Part shown: positions 13,141-27,256 of the stretch, piece by piece
Layout: every line of letters begins with the position of its first letter
How positions within the stretch are numbered: the stretch's first letter is position 1
NCBI GenBank assembly: GCA_030265395.1
Contig: JARFYF010000104.1
Span: forward strand, 78,642,648 to 78,706,647
From: Rhina ancylostomus
Taxonomy: Eukaryota
Direction of reading: 5' to 3'
DNA: 64,000 nt
Notes under the pieces: generated by a model
What the model was told of the DNA's origin: nothing
Seen by the model: the letters and a program-made list of their open reading frames with translations, nothing else
The model's database searches: none
Program-made: the position numbers and the translations under genes

Positions 13141-16100
13141 TAGGATGATTAAGATTGTTTTAATCTCCAGTACTGACTTGCTCCAATGAAAGCAAACATC
13201 ATATCTTCCATTAGTGCAAGATCACTCAGATCTTTTCTGTTCCCACCAATTAACTGCTTCTAGCATTGATTATGTGCAGCTTTGTGCTGCAAAAGAGAGG
13301 GAGTGTGTTTCTGAATGCTGTACTACGTTATTGGGTTATATGTCTGCCATAGTTGAATAACAAGCAATATTCACAAGCTCTTAAGATGTGGAGGTAAGGC
13401 TTGCAGAGGTGCTAAGCGTATGAGTGTAAACTGGATTTAGGGATATCAGCTATAATTTATAGAGATTGCTGACAGGTGATCAAGGACACGGTAAAATGAG
13501 CAGGTCTGAGGTTACTAGTACTATTGGTGGCTTATAACTGATCTTGATCAATAATCTTCTACCAATGCAACCAAAGCCTCAGAAGTTGACTCCTGGCATG
13601 TTTTGCCAAAGGTATTTACTGTAAATGCAGAATGTCTACCTGGAGGGGTTCTTGAAGGCTTGCAGTTTAAACAACACTGTGCCTCCTACACCAAGGCCTC
13701 CAGTGCAGCGTGGAAAAGTTGTGACACCTGCTCTTTTCCATGCATGCAATATCACCTATATTGGGATGTCTGCAAGAATGCCTGACACCATCTAATGCAG
13801 CCACAGTGCACCTACCTTTAAGAGCTTCACACTGCCTTTAGGTATTGCCGGCTGACTTTGCTCACAATATTGGCCTTCTGGTTAGTTGTGCAGCTCCTCA
13901 GTAGCACTGCTAATATCAACCAAAGGTACTAATCATACAAATTAGTAAGCAATGGTTGGCATGTTGCCTACATCATAAGCTATGAGTGCAGGTTAATTGT
14001 AATCCCTGCTCCTGTTTCTTTTGGCTGACCAAGTTAACTCTCTGCCCCAGGTATAATATTGTTTCCTTGCAGGAAATGCTTATGGAATCTCTGGCCCATG
14101 TGGCAAAGATGGTTTGATTTGACTACGTCACAGTTTCTGCATTTGTTTTTGAATGTCAGAAACCTTTCCAACTATGTTTTGCAAGGCTGCTGTTTCCACA
14201 CAATCCATCAATGTCAGAAGAGCACCATGTCCAACCCCACCCCAGCACTCAAAGTGCTTATCCAAAGAGTTGCTGAGCCACAAAATATCGATGAGTTTCC
14301 TGATTCAATCTCCCATCTTTGTTGAATTGCTAGTAAATTAATTCAGGTCTAAATGATTGGTTTTTGTATTATTCTGTGCTTTGACTATTATTTTTGAACA
14401 AACATCTATAATTGTCTTAATTCATCTGGGCCCAGGTTCCTATTTGCCACACAATGACTCCTCCAGGGAGAACATCTATATGGACACTAGAGGACAGAAT
14501 TCAGTTCAGCTAAGTTGTTCCCTTGTTTGAATAGTCAGCTAACAATGACTATTAGTAATTATATTTAATGAATGGGCTTTTGGGGAGCTATTAAAGGGCA
14601 ACTGTGAAATTATATTGATAGAAAATTTAAACAACTGATAACTCCTTTGAATAAGGACAAAGTACTGTCATGAGCTATGCAATGAATGCAGCGCTATAAT
14701 CTGAATTATAAATATTTTCCTGTTCTATTTATAAGCAGTGTGACTTTAAACCTTTCTCTCAACCCAGATTCCATGCCTTCCAGAAGGAATTAATTATGAT
14801 GGACAAACAGTCCAATTCTTGTGATGAATCAGTCTTCCCTTAATTATTCAATAAATTGGTCAGCTTAATTGGTTATTTGAGAGTTATCATTAGTAGTCAC
14901 TGGGGAGAAACTTGGGAATGGGCTATTCTTGTCTGTTCCTGCAATGTAATCTGTTTCCTTAAATAAAATACACTGTCACTTTGGAACCTATTTCTTGGAA
15001 TTAGGTTTGCGCCTCTCTTTCAGGTAATTCAACTACTCAAATCTAATAAACAAATTTACAACTCTTCTTTGGATAGAAGGATAGGGTTGCAGGATGGAAA
15101 AGTCAGTGTTTTCTGTCTTTAATCTCACTCAGAAGGTGAGATTGCCTTTTCTCATCTTTTAAACCACTTCACCCTAGTATTGTGGGGCCCCGTTCTATTC
15201 TGGTTGATGCTGCTGCAGTTTCCTGGGAAATTCTGCACTTGGGTAGACGTTAACTTGGCCATAAATCAACTTCAGCCAAGAGATGCATTGTTACCAAAAT
15301 TTTAGGTGCAATTTATTGATAGAGAAAACTCGAAGTAACAAACTGGATGATAAATACTTTAATAAATAATATCTCACTTTCCAAAAGGGTACTTGAATCT
15401 GGGCAGCTTTTAACACCAACATTCTGGCATCAAAGATAACTTATTTGCAAGTCAGTCAGTCAATCAGTCAGGACTTCTTTGTTTGCTACATGACTGAAAT
15501 CTGGAGCTTACTGAAGCATGGATGACAAAGTCTGTGATTTCCCTTCTGTGTCTTCCCTTCTGTGTCTGATGGGCAGATATAAGCAGTAGCATCCAAAGGC
15601 ATAAAGAAGCCCATTTTGCCCTTGAAGGCGACTTGCCTGAGCACATTCTAGCTCATGGTATCCCGCAGTGAAAACCAGGTTCACGTAGGCACAGTTTAAA
15701 TTAAAAGCTTTCCACATTTGACCTCTATTCAAGATCATCCTACCTACCAACTCAATCTTGATCACTATTCTCCAACAACTGATCTCAGTCCCTGCATTAA
15801 CAACTGCCAATCACAACCCTGAGCCCCAAGCAGTTGTGTGCAACTATGACCTTCTGTCCCTGGTAACCAATCACAAATTTCCTCCCAATGCTCTGACCCA
15901 ATCCTTGAGGCCTCAATCCTCCTTACAGACTGACAGCCTGATGGCTTTCCCCAATTGTCCAAGGACCTGGATCTGTGACCTCCTAATTTCCCACAGCTCT
16001 GCAAAGGCAGAGTATACAGGAGTAAAACCTTTGAATCTGTAAAAGCCTTTGCTTACTGTAGTCTACACATTGGGCCTTGTACACAATCAGCCTACATTCT

Positions 16101-16484
16101 TCAATGCCTATTTAAAGCACCTTTCCAAGAACTGTAGGTCATCAAGGCAAAGGCAATATCAAAAGAGATTTAGGCATGTTTTCAGCTTCACATAAGTTCC
16201 CAATTAAAGTATGTTAAAATAATCAGTAAAACACAAGGGCTTAGAAATTCCATCATGTAGCACAAAGTTAATAACTGCCAAGACTGCTATTTTTCTTCTG
16301 GGTTTTCAGTGATTGTCTTGTGCTAATGTACAGAGACACCCTTTGTGCAATGATATTCAATGGCATGTACTGCACATCTGGATGCCCTTTTGTAAGTTTT
16401 ATTGGTGCATGCACGACCTGTAGATGGTGTGAGCCATTCATGCAGAAACAGGCCTTCACAAGATTTATGTGATAGTATAAGCCA

Positions 16485-17200
16485 GAGGGCACAATTCAAA
16501 AAGGGGTAAAGGAACACAGGGATCTGGGAATATGATTGCATAAATCATTTAAAGTTCCACCACAGGTTGAGAAAGTTTAAAAAAAGAGTACAGGATCCAA
16601 GGCTTTGTAAATAGAAGCACAAAGCACAATAGCAAGAAAGTCACAATGAACGTTTATAAAAATCTGGTTTGGCTTTTATATAAAACAGCAGTATTCTGTC
16701 CGGTTTTGGGCATGATACATTAGGAAAAATGTGAAGGGTTTAGAGAGGGTGTGGATGAGTTTTACTAGATTGAATCCAGAGATGAATGACTTTAGTTAAG
16801 TGGATAGACTCAAGCAGCCGTGGTTGTTCCCTTTGGAAAAGAGGGAAAGCATCTGACAATGATATTTAAAATGATAAAGGATCAAGACAGATTTAACAAG
16901 AAGTCTATTCTTATTGGTGGAAGGGTCAATCACCAGAGAGCAAAGGATGAAGATGATTTGCAAAAGAACCAAAAGTGACATGAGAAAAAAGTCTTTACAG
17001 GAGTGGTTAGGAACTGGAAGGCATTGCCAATCATTCAGAGGAGGCAGGTTGAATTGTGGCATTCTAAAGGATGTGAATAAACAAGGGACGTATTGGCAGT
17101 GCTTTGAGATAAGGATGGGGGAGTGGGACTCACTGAGCAGCTCTATGAGGTGCTGATACAGATTTGGGAAGCCAAATGGCCTCCTCCTGTGCTGCAGGCA
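16485..17200 (+). mobile_element. CR1 LINE 3' fragment, heavily decayed
   Basis: Remnants of the CR1 ORF2 C-terminus (agggatctggg, ttagagagggtg, EGSITREQRMK ~ SxTRGH) and tail gccaaatggcctcctcctgtgctg. Confidence 0.8.
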
Positions 17201-17589
17201 TTGAGTGATTGGTAATGTCTCTTACCTTGACAGACTGAATGCACATAAAATATTAGACCATCACCTGCAATGTCTACCAATATGTAGCAGTTATGATTAA
17301 TCACTGGAATTACTTGCAGCATGGTACGCACACAGATTTAGTCATATTGCACGTGGCGGATGCCAATTGAACACACTACATTATTGTGTTCCGATTCTGC
17401 CCTTTGTCAGACACTCCATTTAAAATTTATAGAAAGATCAGGAGAAGTTTTTAATACTTTCGCTTGTGTCACAGTGACTAATTTTCCATTCATTAATCTT
17501 AATTTCTCTTTAACTTAGTGGACCACCAGGTACTGTTCTCCTTTATCCACATGAACACAAGCTATTTATTTATTTATTTATATTTATAA

Positions 17590-17798
17590 TTTACAGTGTG
17601 GTAACAGGCTCTTCCAGCCCAACAAGTCTACACCACCCATTTTAAACCCCAAAGTAACCTATCCGTACATCTTTAGAATGTGGGAGGAAACCGGAGCACC
17701 CGGAGGAAACCGGAGCACCCAGAGGAAACCCATGCAGACACGGGAGAATGTACAAACTCCTTACAGACAGCGACGGGAATCGAACCCCAATCGCTGGC
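17590..17798 (-). mobile_element. V-SINE with CR1-type tail (young; head runs into gap)
   Basis: Closely similar to 32935-33170. Has an internal duplication of ggaggaaaccggagcacc and is flanked by (ttta)n. Confidence 0.85.
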
Positions 17799-20700
17799 NN
17801 NNNNNNNNNNNNNNNNNNNNNNNNNNNNNNNNNNNNNNNNNNNNNNNNNNNNNNNNNNNNNNNNNNNNNNNNNNNNNNNNNNNNNNNNNNNNNNNNNNGT
17901 GGGTGAGTGATAGAATCTGAGAGAAGTTAATGTGAGGAAAACAAGAAAAATTAGTGGGGGAATGAGATTACTTTGTGAGCTAGGATAGATTCAATGAGCT
18001 AAGTGGCCTCTTTCAATGTCATAAGGCAATGTGGAAATATTTCTCCTATGTTTCTAATCAGGAGTCAATTGCATTACCAACCCCATACCCAGCAGCCTAG
18101 ATTTTCACCTTAAATGTCTAAACCTGACCCTCTAGGTTTCTATGCCCTACTTCTTTCATGACTCAATACCCCAAATCACTCTCCCTCTCTCCACAAACTA
18201 CAGACTGGTCCTGCTACTGCTTTTCCTCACAGAAGTGTGGTGAACATACAGAGCCTGTTCCATTGTACTTGACACCTTGCACCTTGTGCATAATTAATTT
18301 TTGCTGTGGCGGACCCATGTAGAAAATATTCATAGGCCCATTTGCGTACCTCATGTTTAATGAGCCTTTCAAGGACCCGTTGATTTTCTATACCAAAGAC
18401 TCCTAATTTTAATTAGTAACAATTAACCCGTTTACACTAAATGGATTAATGATTGCATTGAAGTACTTTACAAAGGAAGTTTACACACATATTTTAACCA
18501 ATACATTTTCAGAAGAAATACATCTTAGATTATTTTCTGAAATATATACATGACAGTATCCATAATGGTACTTAAACAGTCTCCTTTCATCTCTCCTGAA
18601 AATGGTGACTCATGCTGAGGCTATAGCTTTTTAAAGCTGGTTCCCTCTTCCACCCTTTTGAGTACACTTGTGGGATTTAACCCAGTGAATGAGTGCCTGT
18701 TGCAAGCTATTAACACAGCTAGTCTTGAGGGACAATTATCCAGCAGCAAATCACAATTTGACAAGTTATGTTTGGAGCAGACATGGGCTAAGGGGCCAAG
18801 ATGGAATCAGATGTGTTAGCCTTTGTCCAAGGTCGCAAGGACATCACATTGCTTGATTTTTGTCCCCTTGTTCCATCTCACCAAGTGGAGCATCACAAGC
18901 ATCATAGAGGGTAGATATTGTGGCAGCTGTGCAGGTTGTTATAGTAACCCTGGGTGCATCATCTGATGTGTAATTTGCATTAACAAACTAACAAATACAG
19001 CCACTATTACAACTATAGTCAATGGTAGCATGCAAGATTACCATGGTTACATATGTGGGTAAGATAGGGTGTTTCTGAATACAGGTTCATTGGTACCAAT
19101 GTAAATGTGGTTTCTTAGAAAAGTTCTGCATGCAGGATAGTTATCATCTCAATATAAACTACGGTACATCTTGACAAAAGCTCATGGTGAGGGTGTCTGA
19201 TTTCAAACTCAGTGGTGCTGGTTGGTGTTGAACAGTCTCTCACTGAGTCATCTGGACAGAAAATCCTAACAAATGGATGGATCTGGAGTCTGGGTAACTA
19301 TGTAGCTGAACAGCAACATCACCTAATGTGGCGTACCCAAGAAGAAACATCCCAATTGAAACAAATGAAGGATCAAGTTTTGTTTTACCAACTCCTATTA
19401 TGGATGATATTACTCTGGATAAGGTTGCCTCCTGCCTACTTTTAGCCAGTCAATTCTACCAGCACTGCAGAATTGATACCATTGCCAGTGGGTCACCAGG
19501 AAGCACATCTTATTCTATTCTAGAACCATCAAGGCAATCACAACCACCAGTAGCCCAACTACATCAAGGCCTTAAGCAGCATCACCATGTCAAGAGAGCT
19601 ATTGTTATACCCACCTCCTTATCAAAATAGGTGTCTCTACTGCATGAACCATCATGCGGAAGTGCCCAAGCATTATTATTGGAGCAATAGCAATGATCTT
19701 GACTTTCCCCTCTACTGAGCTAAAGACACACACTCCATCCATCACTGGAGAGTAGTTAGAAGAAGACTGTATTTGGCTTTCTGAGATCCTGCCCACTTTA
19801 GTGTATTTACTTTTATTTACTTGCTGTCTGGTATGTGATAATTCAAATATAAAAGTGGGGTTCTTTTGGTTCACGCATAACAGCTTACAGGGCACTTTAC
19901 ATATTTTAGAAATATTTAATGGCATATAATAGACAGAAGCAGCTGTTTTCAATAATTTAAGAATCTAAGATGAAAGGTTAAACGTACAATATTTTATAAA
20001 ACAGACAAGAAAGAGACTTCCATTTGTGGAAAGTTGTGATGCAGTGCAATTAACTTCCAGGTTACCAGTTGAGGCAGAAATTAATTCAACATTCACAATT
20101 AGATTAGCAATATGAATAAAGAAAACTGGGTAAAAGTGATATAAGAAAGGGAGGTGGGTTATAAATTCCATTTGTTTTCTTTTGGCTGACGGGTAAATGT
20201 TGACATGGATTGGTTGGACAAATGCCCTGTTTGTTGTAACTTCAATTTATCTCTGATTTTTGAATCCAGTTCCTTTCTTTATTTTTAATGATATTTGTTA
20301 CTCTCCTTCTATGCCACATATTCAAAGAACATAAAAATCAGAAGCAGGATAAAACATTAGAAATTATACAGAGCAGACAGAGCAGGCTAAGATCTTATCC
20401 TGCAGAAAGTGTTTAGCAGGCATGAAGCTTTTAAAGCAATTCATAAATACATTGGCATGCATGCAACTTGTTTGAAGAGCCACATGAATGTCAAAACAGC
20501 CTATTTACACTTGAAACATAAATCATTCTCTGAATAACTTTCTGGTTATGGCTGTACGTCATGAAGAAAACAGCACAAGAAAAATAAAATCAATGAATGC
20601 ATGGATGCACTTACAATTTTTTTGATGGATGAATAGCTTTGATAATGTCTAGTAATTGTCAAATATTTATTGATGAGATTCAGATATGTTTTTGAAATTC

Positions 20701-20955
20701 ATACAGTTCAAATAAAATCTGCCATATTGGGTAACATACTGTTTAAAATCTGGTCCATGCCCATTGAAATGTATATTCCTTTCATTTAGTAATTAGGGTA
20801 TACAAGCAGCATCTTTAATACCATACATAGATAAAATTATGTGTGTGTGTATGTAAGACATTCAGTAATTTCCCTAGGATTGTTCCTCAGGGAATTAAAA
20901 AATCTTTTGCAAGTTGAGTGATTCACTCTGGTGGAAGCAGAACTAATTTTTCCAA

Positions 20956-21850
20956 ATGGTGCTGGGACTCTTGTTGTTCATTATATATATTAATGGCTTA
21001 GATGTGAATGTTGGAGGTATGATTTGTAAGTTTGCAGCTGACATGAAAATCAGTGGGGTCATTGATAGTGACGAGGATAGTCTCAGGTTAAAGAATGATA
21101 CTTATCAGCAAGCAATCTGGACAGAGCAATGGAAGATGGAATTTAATCCTGGTAAATGTGATATGATGCATTTTGGTGGGTCAAGTAAAGGTAGTACATA
21201 CACTATAAATGTAGGGCCTTGGGGCATGTTGAGAAACAAAGGAACCTTGATGCACAAGTCCAGATCCCTGAATGTGGCAAAACAGGTAGATAGGGTGGTG
21301 AAGAAGGCATATGGGATGCTTGCCTTCCCTAGACAGGGCATATATTGTAAGAGCATGCAAGTCTTGGAACAACTTTACAAAACATTGGTTAGGTCACAGC
21401 TGGAAGATTGTGTGTAGTTCTGGTTGGCACTCTAGAGGAAAGATTTGATTGTACTGGAGAGGGTGCAGAGGAAATTCACCAGAATGTTGCCTGGGATGGA
21501 ATGTTTCTGTTATGAAAGACTGGATAGGCTGGGTTTGTTTTCCACACAGCAAAGGAGACTGAGGAAAGACCAAATATAGGTATAAAAAATTATGAGAGAC
21601 ACAGATGGGGGTGGAAAACTTTCCTCATGGTTGAAGACCAGAGGGGAGAGTTTTAAGATGAAGAGCAAGAGATTTAGAGGGTATCTGAAGATTTATTTTT
21701 ATACAGAGAATGGTTGGAATCTGGAATATACTGTCTATAGGATGGTGAAGGCAAGAATCTTGCAAAATTTAAGAAGCATCTGGATGAGCAATTGAATCAC
21801 CAAGGCATGGTAGGCTACTGTCCAAGTGATGGTACATGCAAGTAGTATCA
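20956..21850 (+). mobile_element. CR1 (HER1-like) LINE, RT C-terminal half and 3' UTR
   Basis: VLGLLLFIIYINGLDVNVGGMICKFAADMKI..WKMEFNPGKCDMMHFG..LYKTLVRSQLEDCV. Confidence 0.92.
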
Positions 21851-23034
21851 ATAGATTGGGTCAAAGTCCCTTTTCTATGCAGTATGACTTTTAAAATTCC
21901 TCTAGGAATGATTTTAATGGAATTTAACACACAAAGCTGGGAATGTAGGGAGAATAAAATTGGGATTAGTGCAGTTTTAGTGCAAATGAGTCCTTGATGG
22001 TAGTGCATACTATGTGGGCTAAAGGGCCTATTTCCACGATGTATGATCTGCGACTCTGTGGTTTTAGATTTAGTAAGTACTTGTTGCAGGGTTTAATAAT
22101 GGTTTTAGCTTTAATTTTCCAAGAAAAGTTATAATAAAACATACAAATTAATTTCTTCCTTTTACACATTTTACTAATAAACCCTTTGTGTATTATTTTA
22201 ACATTTGATTGATTTATTTTAAGTTAAGGAGAAGTTTTTCCTCATTCTTTCCTTACACCAGTTATTGTGTCACATGACATTTGCAATGGAGGCATAAGAA
22301 AGAAATGCAATGACTCACATTATGTTTTGAGAATAACAATGTGGTTGCTTGCACTGACCTCTGTTAAGGAGTAAGTGGTACAGCAACCCCTGGAGTTGCA
22401 CAACCACTGTTAGATGTGGAAATAAGCATGTGCCACTGAGAGGCACATGCATATTAAAATTAATAAAGATCTGAATGTGTTTAACTTCTAAACATTCCAG
22501 AAATACTGAGGGCTAATCAATTAGGGGAATTTTTAGTGACATAACAACATCTCTGGCACTGAATATTTAATATTATGGGAGTAGGATCTCATTCCTTCAA
22601 GTTTCCTGAGTGTTGGAGATTTCCTTTTCTTTTTGTCTCTTTTATTTTTCTCTCTTATCCTCCAGTTTCTTTCCTAAATCTTCATATCGTATTCAGGACA
22701 CGATTTGGACACTGCCAGTCTCAATGAGTTTGGTTCAGTTGGTTAATGAGTTTCTCTGTTATTGTTCTGCATTCAAGTAACATAGACTGCCTCGATGCCC
22801 ACCCTCAGCTCAACCACTGGAGGGTCTAACACTGGAAAACATCTCAGTTGTTCTCGAAAGCAAGTATGTAATGAACAGCCAAAGTCACTCTCTTTCCTTT
22901 GAGCAAATTCTGCAGTCCCTTTTTTAGTGAACCTTCTAACTGATGCTTCACTTTGAAGGGAATTATTGGACAGTGCATTTTGAAAGTCTGGCCATTCTAA
23001 TTTAAAAACTAACTACTGATTCTATACAAAATCA

Positions 23035-23330
23035 CATAAGATATCTTCGATATCACATGTATATCGAAACACACAGTGAAATACATCTTTTTGTGTAGTG
23101 TTTTGGGGGCAGCCCGCAAGCGTCGCCATGCTTCTGGTGCCAACATAGCATGCCCACAACTTCATAATCCATAAGTCTTTGGAATGTGGAAGGAAACCAG
23201 AGAACCCAGAGGAATCCCACATAGCAACAGGGAGAACGTACAAACTCCTTACAGACAGTGGCCGGATTTGAACCCGGGTCACTGGCATTGTAAAACGTTA
23301 CACTAACCGCTACACTACCATGCCTACCCT
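23035..23330 (-). mobile_element. V-SINE with Rex1-like tail
   Basis: Minus strand: tRNA head ggcatggtagtgtagcggttag..gggttcaaatcc, V-domain, tail tttcactgtgtgtttcgatatacatgtga. Same family as 44768-45075. Confidence 0.85.
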
Positions 23331-23344
23331 CTCTTCGCTCTATC

Positions 23345-24780
23345 AGAATCTGGTTTATTATTACTGACATATGACATGAAATGTGTTGTTTGGTGGCAGT
23401 AGTACAATGGAAAGACATAAGATCTATAAATTACAAAAATAAATAAATAGTGTAAAAAAATGGAATATTCAGGTAGTGTTCATGGATCATTCAGAAATCT
23501 GATGGCGGAGGGGAAGCAGCTGTTGAGTTTGGGTCTTTGGGCTCCTGTACTTCCTCCTTGATGGTAATAACAAGAAGAGGGCATGTCCTGGAATGGTGAG
23601 GGTCCTCAATAATAGATGCCGCCTTCTTGAGGCATCGCCTCTTGAAGATGTACTTGATGGTGGAGAGGGTTGTGTCCATGATGGAGCTGGCTGGGTCTAT
23701 AACCCTCTGAAGCCTCTTGTGATCCTGTGCATTGGATGCTCCATACCAGGCTGTGACGCGACTAGTCAGGATGCTCCCCACTGTACACCAATAGAAATTT
23801 GTAACAGCATTTGATGACATACCAAATCTTCTCAAACTCCTAACGAAGTAAAGCCGCTGGTGTGCCTCCTTTGGATTGCGTCAATGTGTCGGGCCCAGGA
23901 TAGACCCTCTGAGATGTCGATGCCCAGGAACTCAATGAGGATTGGTCTGTGTTCTCCAAACTACCCCTGCCTGAAGCCCACAATCAATTCCTTTGTCTTG
24001 CTGACATTGAGTGTAAGGTTGTTGTTGTGACACCACTCAACCAGTCCATCTATCTTACTGTTGTAATCCTCCTCATCACCATCTGAGATTTTATCAACAA
24101 CAGCGGTATCATCAGCGAATCTATAAATGGTGTTTGAGCTGTGCTCAGCCACACAGTCATGAGTGTAGAGAGAGTAGACCATCCTTGACATGCACCTGTG
24201 TTGATTGTCAGTGAGGAGGAGATGTTAATGCTGATCCACACTGACTGTGGTCTCCCTATAAGGAATTCAAGGATCCGGTTGCAGAGGGAGGTACAGAGGC
24301 CCAGGTGTTGAAGTTTGGTTATTAGTACAGAGGGAATGATGGTGAATGATGGTGCCAAGCTGTAATTGATAAAAAGTAGCCTGAAGTACGTCTTGCTGTT
24401 GTCTAGTTCCGCCATAGCTGAGTAGAGAGCCAATGAGATTGCACCTACTGTAGACCTGTTGTGGGGGTAGGCAAATTGCAGCGGGTCTAGGTCCTTGCTC
24501 AGGCAGGAGTTAATTCTAGCCCTAACCAACTCTCGAAGGACTTCATCACTGTAGATGTGAGTGCTGCCTGGCAATAGTCATTGATGCAGCTCACCCTTTT
24601 CTTCTAGGACACTGGAATGATTGCTGCCCTTTTGAAGCAGGTGGGACTACAACAGTGAGAGGTTGAAGATGTCCTTCAGTACTCCAGCCAGTTGGTTGGC
24701 ACAGGTTTTCAGTGGCCAGCCAGGAACACCATTGGGGCCTGACACCATGCAAGGGTTTACCCTCTTGAAGGATGTTCGGA
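23345..24780 (-). mobile_element. Rex1/Babar-type LINE, RT domain to 3' UTR (frameshifted)
   Basis: LDPLQFAYPHNRST..RLLFINYS..SSLTINTGACQG; YSLYTHDCVAEHSSNTIYRFADDTAVV; NLTLNVSKTKELIV; NFYWCTVGSILTSRVTAWYG..LQRV. Confidence 0.95.
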
Positions 24781-25949
24781 TGCTATAGCAATGATACCGT
24801 ACAGAATAAGTTTAGCAAAGGAACCTGAAATAAAGTTAATTTTTAAATCAACGTTGTACGGCAATCTGATTTGAAAAAACACATATTAGAACAAAAATAC
24901 GTAAGATATGTCATTTTGTTATAGGTCCGACAGGTTGGATTGTACTGGCTGGATAAGCAATTGGAAGTGTTTTGTATTGGCATACTACCTTTGTTAAATC
25001 CCATGCATGTGGATATCCAACAGATCTTAGCTCTTACCAGTCAGAGCACAATGGATTATAGTTTGAGCCAACGAGGACAGAGTAAAATTCGTGTACTGAA
25101 CAAATATAAACACTACTTCTATGTATTTCTCAATCACTTGATTTGGAAATTCAGAAGATGGTAGTGAGTTTCTGCACAACAAAATATACCCTCTCCGAGA
25201 CTTGGAGGTATTTTTGTGCAGACATTTCCTTGATTTTCTACTCACCTTAGCTTGGCAGTTTTCATGCTCTTTTTTTTCTTTTCACTGATACACTGCAATT
25301 CATTCCATAGATTTTTTTTACTTCTTTCCAGCTGCTTGCTAGCTATTAAACACAATAACTACCTTTTTGTGACAGGGTCTGCATGTTTAATTTTTGACTT
25401 TAACCTGTTGTGTTCTCTCCCATTCCTTACCCCACATAAACCCCCAACCACATTTTGTTCAGTGCTATAGAGAAGCTTCCAGTTGTCCAGCTGGGATAAT
25501 TTTTCAATATGCTTCTGCCAGCAAGCCACTTTGTCTATTATCAAAGCCCACTGAAAATTTCTTTCCTAAAACATGAAGAAAAATACACATTAAAAAGACA
25601 TTTGGTGCCATTTACTTTAAGCTGCAGCATATTTTGCTGCTTTATACATAGCTACCTGACCATAAAGCAACTTGCCTGGGGATAGCTTAAGAATTGATTG
25701 TGCTAGCATTTTACACATTATGGACCTTCCTAAATTATTTTCATCTCTTTCTTTCTACGTGATCCTCTTTTGACCAGAGCTAATTTGCAGTAGGTAATGG
25801 GTAATCCCATTGTTTTAATCAAAGCAAGTGACAGGACTAATTCAGCAAAAGTATTTCATACAAATTTAGCAGCCTCCAGCATCTTGTGCGTGTTGCTCCA
25901 GATTCCAGCATCTGCAGAATCTCTAGTGTCTCAAGCAAATGTGATATGT

Positions 25950-26235
25950 CAGATTTCTGCATTAACTACAGACTAACCTCTCGGTTGTAGTAAAAAAATA
26001 TCCAATGGCCCTGTTTCTGAAAAGAGCAAGAGCACTATCCCCAGTGTTATCAACATATTCATCCCTCAAACAATATTTTAAAAAATAGATCTGGTCAATA
26101 TCATCAGATATTGCTGTGGTTGGCATAAGTAGACTACCAATTTCTTACATTATGGGGGAAGTACCTTATGAATTTTGGGGTATTTCGACAGGGAAATTAA
26201 AGGTCCTATATAAATGCAAATATTTTCTTTTTTCT
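25950..26235 (+). mobile_element. Deu-domain SINE, decayed
   Basis: aaaagagcaagag..caacatattcatccctcaa..agatctggtcaatatca..aaaggtcctatataaatgcaaatattttcttt. Confidence 0.65.
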
Positions 26236-27241
26236 TTATCTGACACCTGAAAAATAGATTGATATCAATAGCTTATTACCAATAAAGCTTTGTCTGTNNN
26301 NNNNNNNNNNNNNNNNNNATTGCTTACCAATCTACCTGCTGAGACTTTGATTGGAAAAGCATTATTGATAAGATGGTGAGGTATCAGTTGCTTACACAGT
26401 CTCTCACTTCAAGATAAAGGAAAGAATTTTGAAGTCAAGCAACTAATTAGAGATGAAAATGTTGATTTAATATAAAAATAGGTTTTATACTCTCTTTTAG
26501 GATAATAATTTTATCTTTAAATTGCAGCCTCAGTAGCTAGATTGCTTGATCAAGCGTTGTTCTCACCTGTTAAGTAGCTGACTAGTTATTTAGGCAACAT
26601 TTTTATTGGTGTTTCCACAGCCAATCAGTTCAACCTATTCCATCTAATCAATCAGAAAATACTCTGTCTGATATTGTAATAAAAAGGTACAATAATTTAA
26701 CTCCCATTAGCACACTGCTTATGCATTGCAACACTACAATTTTATCTGAAATCAGCTTATTTTATTTGGAATGACAATCACCTCATATTTTAACTTTCAG
26801 CTGTTCATAATGATTCCACAGTTTTTTTTAAGTTGTCTTAGTATCATATTCCCATTTAGCATATTTGTATTAATTTAGGCTTTGTCATTTTTGTCTATGT
26901 AAAACATATAGTTAAAAAACTATAAATGTTTAAAATGAGAAACAGACAAGCAGATTTACATTCACTATATCTATAGGCCTGTACTCAAGCATTGATATCT
27001 GAATAGATAACCACACAAATAAAATGACAATCAAATCTAATTTGCTCATCACAACTGTGTCCTGTTTAGACCTTCTAGCAGAATCAATCAGAACACTATA
27101 GTTTAATGACTAGAAAATAATAGATTTTTGTTGTCTATAAAATTGAGTTTGTTGCTTCCAGTGCCACTTAATCCTTTTCTGCAGGTGTTCACGCACACCA
27201 GCTTCACATTTGGTTATCTTTCATCACAGCAAATCAAAGGT

Positions 27242-27256
27242 TGACCTTTTTGACCT
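27242..27256 (-). promoter_or_regulatory. Perfect nuclear-receptor DR3 element (AGGTCA-AAA-AGGTCA)
   Basis: Plus strand TGACCT TTT TGACCT, immediately preceded by a TCF/LEF-type ATCAAAG (27233-27239). Motif is seen directly; function is inferred. Confidence 0.4.

Noticed and set aside
13560-14330. Possible Harbinger/Myb-SANT remnant or exon
   Set aside because: No frame gives a convincing motif, and the candidate exon hits stops.
23491-23835. Peptide resembling entries annotated as ALKBH8 N-terminus/DUF1891
   Set aside because: It is the Rex1/Babar ORF2 C-terminus, present in several copies here, not a host gene.
24925-25070. PTGWIV..CGYPTDLSSYQSE resembling a C-type lectin start
   Set aside because: Lacks the CY, WxxA and WIGL motifs and has stops; compatible with chance.
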